Origin: Tricharina praecox
Taxonomy: Eukaryota
Length of the DNA: 64,000 nt
NCBI RefSeq assembly: GCF_024521635.1
Contig: NW_026250403.1
Location: 992,001-1,056,000 of the forward strand
Reading direction: 5' to 3'
The notes beneath the pieces were generated by a model that was given only the letters and a program-made list of their open reading frames with translations, was not told the DNA's origin and made no database searches. The translations under genes were made by a program, and so were the position numbers. Shown here one piece after another: positions 13,301 to 25,548 of the stretch; the stretch's first letter is position 1; the number at the start of each line of letters is the position of its first letter.

Positions 13301-13334
13301 ACTGGTCAAGCGCCAGCAGCAACACAACGCTTAG
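10319..13334 (+). CDS. KAP95: Importin subunit beta-1 (karyopherin beta, HEAT repeats); about 6 exons
   Basis: 'MNVAEVLANTLSP', IBN_N 'IRAAAGLALKNA', 'IELPRNQWPEL', 'NFENDGERNYIMQVICEATQ', 'AIEFWCTVCEEEI', 'DWRKRDAAVSAFGAIMEGP', 'KPAILQCFGDIAQAI', 'TARWARE'. Confidence 0.96.
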
Positions 13335-14348
13335 ACCCAGCATGAAAGCAATAAAACTCTTTAGAAGGCGCTCGGTGAGAGGCATTGTGTGGTTTTTCTT
13401 TGTGCTATATCGGTGGGTTGGTTGGGGTTCGGTCGCCTGGGTGCTGTTCTTTGCTTTGCTTTCCGTGCATCTTTGGTCCTGCTTTCCGTGTCTCCTATTT
13501 CCCATTCCGTTTCCTTGAGTTGTTATAGGGAGGAGTTTTGTGCTCTAATTCCTGTTTTTGCATCTGCCCTGGCCCCTCTCGCAACACCACTACCTACATC
13601 AACTCCAACCTGTCGCACATCTACATCCCTTCCCCTCCCCATCTCCCCCTCCCCCCTCCCCTCACCCTCACACCTCACATCTCCCCCCCATATCACACTT
13701 GCTCATGTCATAATGGAAAGAGATTCACAACCTGGGAATGCCCTTGACGATGTTTATGTGTTCCAAGCTGATGCCCGAATATTAATACTCCTAATGTATT
13801 CTCTGTACCACCACTGATTCCCTCCGCCCTACTGTACTACACGTCCCGGATTGCCCCACCATATCCGGTCCTCCTCATCCTCATCCTCACCCCATCTAAC
13901 TACCTTGAATGCCTCAGACGCCCCTATTATTATTACCATCCTCATCCTCATCATCTGCCCTGCATGTGGGGCCAGTGCACCATAAAGGTGTAAACAAGTG
14001 CTTTGTAAAAATGTAAAACAGCTTGGAATATATAACAAAGATTTCATGGCTTGCGTGCACACCTAAATATGGTCTAATTTCTCTCGATCCGAAGAACCGG
14101 AGATGGTGGATACATGGGTTGCATTATGTCGCACAATATCACTCAAAATCACCCCGCAGGTGCCCAGCCTTACCTACTAACTAGAGCTTCGGATTCGCTT
14201 GAGCCTCAATTCAACGCACGACCTCTCGATTGCTCTACACCTCCATCCCACCAACACCACCGGCCATCACAAACATCATCAACCACATCCGGCCCTACCT
14301 CACTCACCTCGCCAAAATCTCCCACCAGCTCGCCGGAAACTCACAGCC

Positions 14349-15450
14349 ATGTCGGGTTCGTCTCTGGAGTGGAACGCGTGCGAGTTGGGAGCTGAGCTCT
14401 GAGGAATGAATGGATAACTAACCGCGATGGATAAGCAGGAAGCGCCGGTTTCGATAGGCACATCACTATCTTCTCGGATCAGGGGAGGCTGTATCAAGTC
14501 GGTATGTTGTCCAGAGGAGGAGGATGGAGTTGGGGGGGGAAGGGAATGCAAGTTGGTGGTGGGATGCGGATGGGAACTGAACTGGCTGACTGGATGGGTA
14601 ACAAACAGAGTATGCGTTCAAGGCCATCACCGCGGCAAATATCACATCCATCGGCCTCCGCGGAAAGGACTGTGCCGTCGTCATCTCGCAGAAGAAAGTT
14701 CCCGTACGTCTCTCCATCCTATTCTATCCGGTCCTTTCGCGGCTGGTATGGCGAGCTAATGCGGTGGTGTCGGTGCTATAGGACAAGCTCCTCGACCCCT
14801 CGTCGGTAACCTACATCTTCAACCTCTCGCCGAGCGTCGGCTGCGTAATGACGGGCTCGATTGCGGACGCTCGTGCGTCCGTCACGAGGGGAAGGGCCGA
14901 GGCCGCAGAGTTCAGGTATAAGTACGGCTACGAGATGCCGTGCGATGTGCTCGCGAAAAGGCTGGCGAATATCAACCAGGTGTACACGCAGAGGGTATGT
15001 TTTGACGGCGGGCGAGTGGAGTGGTGGTGGGGGGGGGGGGGGGGGGGGGGGGGTTGTGCAAGTGCTGATGGCGGTGGAATATAGGCGTACATGCGTCCCC
15101 TCGGCGTGTCGATGACGCTCATTTCCCTCGACGACGAGCTGGGCCCGCAGCTCTACAAGACGGATCCGGCGGGATACTACATCGGCTCCAAGGCGACGGC
15201 GTCGGGGCCCAAGCAGCAGGAGGCGCTGAACTACATGGAGAAGAAGCTGAAGAACAAGGAGTTCGCACCCGGCGATTGGAAAGAGGTTGTCGAGACCGGG
15301 ATCCAGGCGCTCAGCAGCGTGCTCAGTGTCGACTTCAAGAAGGGCGAGGTCGAGGTCGGTGTCGTCGGTGCCGATGGAAGCGCCGCGTTCAGAAAGCTCT
15401 CCGAAGATGAGATCGATGAGCGTTTACAGGCTATTGCCGAGAAGGATTAG
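14349..15450 (+). CDS. SCL1: 20S proteasome subunit alpha type-1 (PSMA6/Scl1); about 5 exons
   Basis: '[26 protein letters not shown]', 'SQKKVP|DKLLDP', '[40 protein letters not shown]', '[12 protein letters not shown]'. Confidence 0.96.
15029..15053. repeat. Poly-G homopolymer (25 nt) inside a proteasome gene intron
   Basis: Direct reading of the sequence. Confidence 0.9.
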
Positions 15451-18105
15451 GTCTGCCTGTCTAGTCTGTCTAGTCTGGCCGGCTGTTAGCGGAATAGATT
15501 GGTCGATTGCTTGCAACAATAGCGAATGAAACTTCGTCTGCGAGTTCCATTATACAGTTTCTTTCTTTCTACACACAGATGCCCCCCACCACCCGTGAGA
15601 GCAGAGGGGTACAGAATGCGTTTCAAAGACCCGCACTTGTCCGCGTTTCATCCGTGCAAATAAGTGAGATGCATACAGTCTACCTACCTATATATACTTC
15701 GAGCAAGCGTGTACGAACGCGTATATCACAGGCTGTATGAGTACATGGAGTGCTTGGGCCCCGAAGTACTATAATTTATCGCAGTGGGAATCATTCTATG
15801 CCACCGCTCTACTTTAACTTAGACTAAACAGCGAAACCTCGTGGTATATAGGCATCTGGGTACCTGGTAGCGCTTCAACTCGGAAGCTATATCCAAGAAA
15901 ACCTAAGGTGGGTAGATACCTATCATAAGTCTCCTTTTTCTGCTTCATCATTCTGTATTCAACGACAGTTTCGGTAGGGCAGCCTCATCCCGACTACCTA
16001 TCTCCTTGCGTAGAAATTATAGAGGAAAGGTTTTGCTGTAACTATTCCAAGCCTACTTTTTTTGTTAAATCATGGATTGCATGCGACATAGCTAGATGAT
16101 GGCAATAGATGTACACACACACATACACACTCCGTTTCCATGTCCACTGATATTCCAAGCCTACCTAGAGGCTGGAAACGTGAAGCGTTGCTTATTCAAG
16201 TTGGCGTGGCGGGTGAGATCGCATGATCTGAATATTCCACCCGGACTCCTAGAGATGCCGTCTTGGAACAGTCCTTAAGAATAACATCTCATCCGTCCCA
16301 AGGTCTACCTCACTCTTACTTCCAATCCTCTACTCCTATTCATACTCGTACTCTTCACACAATAACAACACTACCACTCCACATCAGTCCTCGACAGCAT
16401 ATCTTGTCCAGAACTCGCTGTTTATCAGCACGACATCGTAAAGGAATCATATCGACGTCGGTGTAAAGCCTATGGAATTGCCCGTTTGAACTTTCAAGTG
16501 TTCCGTTCGATACCTGTGTAGAACACCGTCGGCAAAATATCATCACATCATGTCCCGACGGGGAGGATGGGAGGATGGTACGAGAGACGGCGGAAGAAAG
16601 TCAAATCGAGACGATTATCGGATTATGTACTTTATTTTGGGGGAGCAAACACCCATAGGTAATCCGTCCAGTGTGGAGTTGTGAATTGGATTTCGTTCAT
16701 GGCATAGCCTGGCCAGTGGGACGCTTTCTGGGTGGAAAGGGGAGTAGGTTTTTAGGGCCATCACGGGAGAGATATGTTATACGTACCTACCTTGGAGCAC
16801 ATAAGGTGCGGCAAGTATGGGGAGGACTGTGGAGTGTTGTGGTAAGTATAAGTGGCGGAGAGCTTTGACGACGACCTCCAAGAAATAGGAGGAAAATTGC
16901 CAAGTACATACACAGGTACGTACGTACTGTGGGAGGGAATTTCATCCCGACACTGGGGCACCCATTCAACGTCTACTTTCGATAGGCGAAGCAACCCTCA
17001 ATCGGGACTGGCAGGTGTCATTAGCAGTGTATACCTAGTATCATCATCGCCACTGACTCGACTCGTCTGCAGTACCTATTGAGCGCCGATTATGTACTTT
17101 TCTTGGTTGAAGCAAGTGTACCACGGCCCACGGGATGCCTTCCCCAGGGTAAATATCGGCAAGATCGGTGTTGTCTACGCGTACATAAGTACCGATCGGC
17201 TTGACCCATTCTCTTGGATGGGTCTTGGCTTTGGCATTGCCGAGGATGGTTATGTCCCCGTTTCGTGAGGGGCTGTTGGAGAGTTGTTTTACCCAGTGGA
17301 TATCACAACCTAATCCCCAAAGGCGGTGGAATAATCGTTGTTGCGCGAGGAAAAAGACCGAGTGATGGCGCGGGATGGTGCTTTGAATGGAGCACTCAAG
17401 AGTCACTTCAGACTGTTCACTCTGCCTATGTATTACTTCTGTTCCTACGGTATGTACTCTACAGCTATACCAAGTATGAATGGAGCCTGCGAGGGGAGTG
17501 TGTAACTGGGTACCTATGAAACCTACAAATCCACACGTAGATAACTAGTGCTTAGTAAACCGAATCATCCTCAGGCCCCCCTCCATGCAGCGCCGATGCC
17601 ATTACCGGACCTCACAGTGAATCTCAACGACGTCGTCAAGCTGAGCCACATGATTCACCTGCAGAGTATTGATTTAGAGTATCTTCACACTTCCAAGTTC
17701 CCGGGCTGTATCCGACAGGCTCGTTTCTGCGCCACGTTTCCCACAGCCGTCGTCGTAGATTTTCGGCTCCCGCGCGTCAGTGCGACACCACGCACTCATG
17801 ACCAAGTGCATGCGTTATCCTATACGCGTCCAGAAGGCGGAGTTGGTTTAGCCAAGCCCAGCCCCGCCCCACCCTCTGTGGAGTCTGCAACCGCGCTTTG
17901 AGCTCACCAAAGCCACTCCGGAGCTAGATCGCTCCAGATATAGTACCTGGTGGGGATACAACGGCCATGCGACAGCGACACCGAGACGCTACTATACTTC
18001 GTACATAGATGCGACACCTCGCTCGAAAACCTTTAACTCTACACTCGTCTTTCTCCTCGCTCGCACTTTCTCTCGCTTTTACTTTCGCATACGGACATAG
18101 CAGCT

Positions 18106-19474
18106 ATGGATAAGCGGTTCAAGAAGGTCTTCTCTTCTATCAAGACGCGTGCTGAGGGTGGTGAGTTTCCCTCTTCTGCCTAAGTGGGGGGCGTTAGCTG
18201 ACGGGGAACCATGGCAGTCAGCAGCGGCCATGGAAGTAGCAGTAGTAGGAGCGGTGGAATGTCGATTACTGCGCCGCTGGCAAGCAGCGGGACACCTGAG
18301 GGCGATCTACTGAATGCCATCGTACGTCATTTGTCCTTTCGGAGCTCGAGAGGTCGGTCGGGGGAGCCCATTAGCTAACAGTCGGGCCACAGCACCTCTT
18401 CGTCTCGACCGGTGGTCCGGACAACCCCAAGCCAGGCGAGGAATTCCTGCATCTCCCCGTGATAGTCGACAACGCCGAATCCTCACCCGCGGCGGCGGCG
18501 CAGGCCGCCACCGCCCTCCGCCAATACCTCTCGGCGAAGAACTCGTCGCGGCCGTACATCCACTACAACTCGATCATGCTTTTGCGAATCCTGGCGCAAA
18601 ACCCGGGGTACACGTTTACGCGGCACCTAGGCGAGGCGAAGTTCCTGGCCGCGATCAAGGACCTGCTGCGCAACGGCCGCGACCCCAGCGTGTGGCAGAT
18701 CCTGGGGGAGACGCTGGACTACTTCTCGCAGGACCCGGGGCGGATCGCCGACGAGGGCCTGCAGCCGCTGCGAGACCTGTGGCTGCGCGAGAAGGCGAAG
18801 CGCCCGCAGATACAGCTGCAGACGCCGGCGGCGTCGCAGGCGCGCGGACAGTACCAACAGCAGCAGCCGCCGATGATACCGCCGCGACCTGGCTCCAACA
18901 ACAACAACGCATCCCCATCCCGCCCGCATCTCCCCTCGCCGACCGAGCTCGTCGCACGAATCAGCGAGGCGAATACCTCGGCCACGCTGCTCACGCAGCT
19001 GGTGCAGTCCACGCCGCAGGCCGAGATCCCCGATAACGCGCTGATCCGCGAGTTCTCGGACCGCTGCAAGCTTGCCGCGAGGTCGATGCATGCGTACATC
19101 GAGGCCGAGGAGCCGGCGCCGCCCGATGCCGATACCCTCACTACCCTGATCGAGACTAATGATGTCATCTCGATTGCACTGGAGGGGCATAGGAAGGCGG
19201 TTGCGGCGGCGCTGAGGGAGAGGGAACAGTTTGCTGCTGTCGGGAATGCCAGGGTCGGCGATGTCGGCGAGGTCCCCGTGGCGCCGGTTATGCATGGGGC
19301 TAGAGATGTCAGGGAGAGGAGGGGTAGTAGTCCTGTCAGTCCGATGGTGAGTTCGCGCTCTTGTTACTCTTCTTTCATCACGAGTGCCTAACGGTGGCGA
19401 TGCAGACACCTCACACGCCGGATCTACCGCCGGCTCAGCAGCAACAGGGAAGTGCTGGAGTTTTCAGGTTTTGA
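18106..19474 (+). CDS. VHS/ENTH-like plus GAT domain protein (TOM1/LSB5-like trafficking adaptor); about 4 exons
   Basis: ATG 18106 'MDKRFKKVFSS', 'GEEFLHLPVIVDNAESSPAAAAQAATALRQYLS...YNSIMLLRILAQNPG', and GAT-like 'LPSPTELVARISEA...LLTQLVQSTP...LIREFSDRC...TLIETNDVISIAL'. The last exon follows an intron at about 19347-19405. Confidence 0.75.
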
Positions 19475-19529
19475 TCGGTGAGTGCGGCCGAGGGAGGTGG
19501 TACATTTGATCTTTTGGAGTGGAGCGCTT

Positions 19530-19592
19530 TTTTGGTTGTTAGCTTGTGCTTCTGGTTTTGGTTGTTAGCTTGTGCTTCTGGTTTTGGTTGTT
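19530..19592. repeat. 26-bp tandem duplication (about 2.4 copies) between convergent gene ends
   Basis: TTTGGTTGTTAGCTTGTGCTTCTGGT repeated. Confidence 0.8.
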
Positions 19593-19769
19593 CGGTGGAG
19601 CGGAATTGAACGGGACTTGGTACTGGAACATGCTCAGATTCCGTGTGAGCTCGTGTGATGGACTCTAAGACAGAGTAACTTGGCATATTCATCGTGATTG
19701 GTACCAGAAACACCAGAGGGAATAAGTACATAGAAAATATTAACGCTGAAAACAAAAGCCAAATTCCAA

Positions 19770-22700
19770 TCAAGCCCAGACCATCCTCTTGACAGCATAT
19801 CCCCACCTCTCCACCAGTCCCGTCCCCTTCTTCGCCTCGGCGAGCGAGACGATATCCGACTCCTCAACCTTTACACCACTCGCCGCACCAGCCAACTGCG
19901 CACAAACCGCATCGACGATTTCTTTCTCGCTCTTACTCTTCACCTCTGCGCTGCTGGCGGCGGAGGAAACAGATGCGGGCATAGCCTTAAACGCCCAGAA
20001 CTTCTTCGCGGCGTCCTTCGGGCCTGCAGCAGAGGCCGGGCGGCTCTCAGCAGTATGTGCCGGGTGCGTCTGTAGACTCCTAGTGTTGACACGGACGAGG
20101 TCCTTCTGGAGGTCACTAGCGGTGTACTCGAGCACGAAGCCGACGTTCCTTTCCTCGTCGACATGGGAGCCCGCCAGGGTGCCGGTGATGTACACGCCCT
20201 TGCGGATAGTGGTGATATCGTCGACGGACACGCGCTCGAATGCGGACACTTTCTCGAGCGCCCAGTCGAAGATGCACATGTACGCGGCCTTGTCGGTGAG
20301 GAGTAGCACGTTCTCGACCATGCCCCCGCCGCGACGCGTCCCCGGCTCCCGTGGAGAGAAGAATGTCCAGCCGCCCTGCAGCTGCTCGGATTCGTCGGCG
20401 ACGACTATTTTGCTGCAGATCTCGATGGCGTTCTCGCGCACGCGCAGGAGGGACACCGCCGGGTCCGACGAAATCATCTCGGCCTCGAAGTCGGAGAAGA
20501 CCTGGGCGGTGACGTTGCCGAGGAGGAAATCGATGCTGCACTGCGTAAAGAAGTCGGAGATTATGTTGGTGAAGTAGCGGGTCATAGTCAGGCCAAAGTC
20601 AGTGAGTGCGCCTTGGAGGTTGCGTTTTCGTGTGCGCGTGAAGTCGCCCTTGAGTGCTGCGGTGCTGGCGTATTGCTTCGAGATTGCGTCGCCGTTGTCC
20701 GCCCAGATCATGTTGAACCATTCGGTGCGGTCCGAGTCCTTGAGTTCGATGTCGAGCGCCTGGAGTTGCGTCTCAAGCGCTCGACGAGCACTTCCGGATT
20801 GGACGACGTTGGTACGGTCGAGACAGTCCATGCAGTTCGTCCGAAGCACACCCTTCTGGCGAGACTTAATACCGGATCCGGCGACTTCTTCTGTGTACGA
20901 GATTTTGTCCAGCACATCTCCAATCTCGGTGAACAGCCTGCTCACGTTCTCGAAACGCATGCCTCGACACTCCGAGTGGAAGTCAAACCACGTCCAGCCG
21001 ATCTGCGGACTGGAATCCGTGGTGTTCATGTTCGTCACGTAGTCACGGTACTTGTCTCCCACGATCGCCTCGGAGCCGTGCTTCTCGACCAGGTTGACGA
21101 CGTGCACATCTCCGTACCGCTCCTGCACATTCCTAAAGTGCTGTCGCATTGCCGCTGCATTGCTCTCATCCGAGAGTAGCAGTACGGGGCGAGGCCGCAG
21201 GGAGTATGGCGACTGGGAGAAGAATAACGGGATGCTGCCACGGATCTGGAGGTAGCTGAAGACGTGATCCCAGTTCTCAGTTGATAGCAGTTGCTCGGTT
21301 TCGACCGAGTTTGCGGTGTGGCCTTGATCATCGACGCCGCGTCTAAGATAACGGAGTCCGGCACGGCGAATCGACCGGCGAGAGATGATGGTTAAAACCA
21401 ACTTCTTTTGGCTGGTGGTAAGTGTTGTGGCCCCTTTCGTGGCAAAGTCCTCCGTCTTGACAACATGTGGATTGTAAGACTCCTCCTCAACTACCGTAGG
21501 GCCCGGATTCTGCGTCTCCGCCGGTGTAGGAGGCGATGAGGGTGTAGCTGAAAAAGTTGTTTGGGCGACGAAGCCCTGCATGAGAGGGAGAACGAATCCG
21601 TGCTGATCAGAGTCGATGAACTGCTGCTGGAGATGTCTGTTCCAGAAGTACTGTTCCCAAGTCAGAAACTGACAGCGTGCAACTCAAGAGCGTAACCTAC
21701 CAGCGGATCTACAATCTTAAATAGCGGAACCCCATTACTCATAGAGTTGGTTTGCGATCCCCACGACCTCGTGATATCCCAGTCGTAGCTGAAGTAGAAA
21801 CTCCTGCTCTGTGCCAGCAACAACTTCGTCGTGTGCAGCAGCTTCGGCGTCAGGCTGTGGGTGACAGTTTCCTTGACGGCCTCGGCGACCTCCTTCGCCT
21901 GCTCCTCAACCGGGGCTGCATCCTTCTTCGCCTCCGCCTTCTCGCCCTCGACGATATCGCCCTCGGCAGTCGGGGGCGCCGGCTGATTCTCGGGCTTTTT
22001 CATCTCGGCATCACCAACAGCCTTCACCGGCGCCTCAGCACTCATCCCCTCGCTCCGCCTACGATCCACCGTCCACCCACGCTTCGAAAACCAGCTCTCA
22101 GCAAACCTTCCATACGCGCCCTTCTTCGCGATGACATCCTGACCGACGGAGGTGGTACTAGTACTCTGCCGCTTCCCCCCCTCCGCCGCCGCCTTCCCCA
22201 CCTCAGCAATCTGATCCTGCACTTCATCATCCACGATCGCATCCTCGTCGGCATCCACATCCGTCTCGCCGCCATCAGTCTCGCTCCCGTTCCCTCCGTG
22301 CCCGTCCGTCACTGCGTGCCGCTTCACCGCCGCAGCAGTGCTCCGGTCGATCGCGAGCGCTGCGTCGCTCCGCGACGACAGCGGGATCAGCGCGATATTG
22401 GTGATGACATACACCGCATGCTGTCCCCGTATCGTAGCCACCTGCTCGCGCTCCGTAATCGCGATCAGGAAGGAGTCGGTCGGCGATACTTTCAGGAGTC
22501 CTATCCATCCCGTGAGCAAGCCGGCAAGCGAGCGGGAGTGGAGCTGGGGCTGGAGTTAGAAAAGCATACCAGCGATTCCGTGTGCCTCGACCCGCGAACT
22601 CTCGCCGCCGCCGGACGACTCCGGCCCCTCACGGTGCGCGCTAATCTTGTGCGTGCCATAGTCGACGCGGACACTGCCCGGCGGGACCTTGGTGGGAGGC

Positions 22701-22792
22701 GACGACCGGCTGGCGCGCGAGTTCTGCAATGGCGAGAGGATGAGCCCTTCGGCTGCCGCGATGATTAGGAGCTTGCGGGCGAGGGGGGGCAT
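19770..22792 (-). CDS. SacI-domain phosphoinositide phosphatase, Sac2/INPP5F-like (with C-terminal hSac2-like region); 3 exons
   Basis: 'FYFSYDWDITRS', 'YFWNRHL', 'LPLMQGFV', 'ISRRSIRRAGLRYLRRGVD..G..ANSVETEQ', 'QIRGSIPLFFSQ', catalytic CX5R 'RTNCMDCLDRTNVVQ', 'WADNGDAISKQYASTAALKGDFTR'. Confidence 0.92.
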
Positions 22793-25229
22793 CGTGCTCG
22801 TATCTGGTCGTGGTCGTAACTGGTCGTGGGCGCGTGCGTGATAGGTATGGGAGCTATAGCGGGGTATATGTAGAGTATCGGTGGTCACTGGTTTTACTTT
22901 ATATGGGATACGGGATACGCGGCAGAGCGGGACGAGAGGCTCGAGAGGCTCAAGGGGACGAGATGAGATCACAATACGTCAACGCATGGCAGGCAGGCAA
23001 GTGGGCCGGAAAACTTGGTGGAGTTGACTGAGACCCAGTACCCAGTACCCAGGCACCTGGTCGGCCGGTGGGGTTGGCTGCTTGGTTGCTTGGATGCATG
23101 ACGACAGCGGCTGACTGGATCGACGGCACTTACCGCCGAGGAGCTATCGTCAAGCGAAAGCGAGCTAGATCCCAGCACCATGCGGAATTCCAAACTATCT
23201 ACCGACGACATGTAGAGTACCCCATGAGATCCACTTTGTGGGTTCTCTCGCTTATGGTCAAAAGTGCCAGATGAATCAGTGTCATGCTAGGAACGGTAGC
23301 TTGGTACGGCACCGGTACCGGTATGTACCAGGTATTAAATCACGACCGGGCAAATCACGATTCATAACCACGCGAACCCTGGCCAGGACCAAAAAAAACA
23401 CTCTGGGTTGACAATAGCTTGACAACCCGACCCAAGGCTGGTGTTTGAAGCTTTGTTTTTGGTTTCATCATACCTAGTGTATGTACCGTGTTCGACTTGT
23501 CTTGAGCATGGCATGCGTATTTCCGGTACCGTACTCTACCAGTATCCTGCCTGCCGTCTATACTATGAAGTATGTATGAGCAGCCCCAACCCCCAGCTCT
23601 CCGCTCGAGGTAATCAAAAGGTATAGGAATACTAAGGATACCACACGGAAACTGGTATTCAATACCTACGTCCGCGTCCACATCCGACGAGAACTGAATC
23701 GTCGAGTGATATCCCATGTATATCGTGCTTTCCCCCCTTCCCAGCTAAAACCAGCTGGCTTACGACTGACATCCTGCATGTAAAAGAGCGTGGGTTATGT
23801 AAACCACAATGAGCCCTGCCATTGATGTAGAAATCCAGCGCGGTGAGTCGAGTGGCTTTAGGTTTGGCTTTGGCAGGGGCCACGTCGAGTTCATGACCAT
23901 GACCATAACCGGGTTGGAGATAATCCAAATTACAAGCTTACCGCTGGCTCTGAAACGCAAACAGCGATCCGAACGGCAAGATGGTTGTAAGCCGTGAAGG
24001 CCGCCGCGAAGCGTGGGGAGGTGACGGTAAAGCGTGACGGGGCACCACCCCGCCCGGAAATCCGTTCCTGGCCAGAAGCCGACCAGTCCTGGCCCGAGGA
24101 TATTTCGTCCCCACCGTTGTCCCCCCACCCTGCCGTCATACCCGGGACCAATGAGCTGTGGTGCCTGGCAGCTTGACGCTAGAGCAGGTACTCCAATACC
24201 ATAGTAGGCAACCATTGTCCCGGTAGCCATCTCAATAGGTGGTCCTTGAGCGGCGGAAACCTGCCTAACCACTCTACCGGTAGTCTTGCTGATATGTTCC
24301 GATTGGAGTAAATGTGCACTTACCCAAGCAAGCAAGTACCCAGGTCCGCATCAGCAAACACCTCCAGGCTTCAGATCCTAGCCGGACGACAATTCGAACA
24401 ACCGTCCCCCATCACGACAACCGGCCCGAACAGCACGAGTACCGTGGTAAACTAGTAGTGATAGCACACTCGTGACTAGCTACTATAGGTAGTTGGTATC
24501 CGGCTCAATGTCGTGCGGATTTCAAACTTGGAACTTGGAACTATGGGCACTCACTGGGGGACGGTACTCTACCCATCGTTGGTTTTCCTGGGAAACGAGC
24601 TCCCCAGACTCCCAAAGCATTCACGCAAACTTCGTTATTATACTCGCGTGGCCTATCATAATCCCCAACCAAAGTCATTCTTCACAACCCTCGGGCCTCA
24701 TGATGAGCATCTAGGCATCTAGGCACAGCAGCACGAAACTTCCAGAGTAAACACTCTCATTTCCCATCCTATTAACATAACAGTATAGGTAGTAAGGCTA
24801 CCTATCATCGAAAAACTAGATACTCCATCCCATCCAACCAATCATCCAACCATCCAATCTACATCCCCCCTCAATATCTACCAAAACCAGGCCCTCGCAA
24901 AATCATAACCGTAACCGTAAATCATAAATCATAAATCATGCAACATGAGTAAAAAAGGAAAAGTCAAGACCCGGGGTATTCATAAAGGGTCGGGGGAACC
25001 TTTAACCTTATAACGCCGTAGAAGAAAGAAATTTATATGCTCAATCATGAAACAGAAACAGTAGGAATGATAGGAGAGTATTTTTTGATGAGGAAATAGG
25101 GTTATGGGTATATGGGTATAGAGTATGAGTGATAAAGCCTGCGTAGGTATTCTGACGATGTGGGGAGGGCCCAGGGGGTATGTGGGGCAGCGATGAGAGG
25201 CGGCGTGCCCATTCATGCCTTCTAGATGC

Positions 25230-25285
25230 AGGAGGAGGAGGAGGAGGAGGAGGAGGAGGAGGAGGAGGAGGAGGAGGAGGAGGAG
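25230..25285. repeat. (GAG)n microsatellite
   Basis: About 18 perfect AGG/GAG units. Confidence 0.95.
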
Positions 25286-25548
25286 AGGAGATCTATGACG
25301 CTAGGCTGGGCTCGGGAATCCCAAGAGTAGAGTAGAAGGGAAGATAATAGAGTAAAGTAAAGAAGCATGAGAATAAGAATGCGAATATCAGGAGAGCGGG
25401 AACATCCCGTCTCATCCGCCGCTCGAAGAAGCAACCGAATCTAACCACGCCAGTATAGTAGTAGCAGCAGTAGCAGCAGCAGCAGCAGTAATCATAACCA
25501 TAACGCCCCTTTCCCACCCATCACCATACCACAGCCAAATCTTACCGT

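Noticed and set aside
23760-24335. 191-aa minus-strand ORF between the SacI gene and the LPMO
   Set aside because: It has a non-ATG start and no recognisable motif or gene structure.
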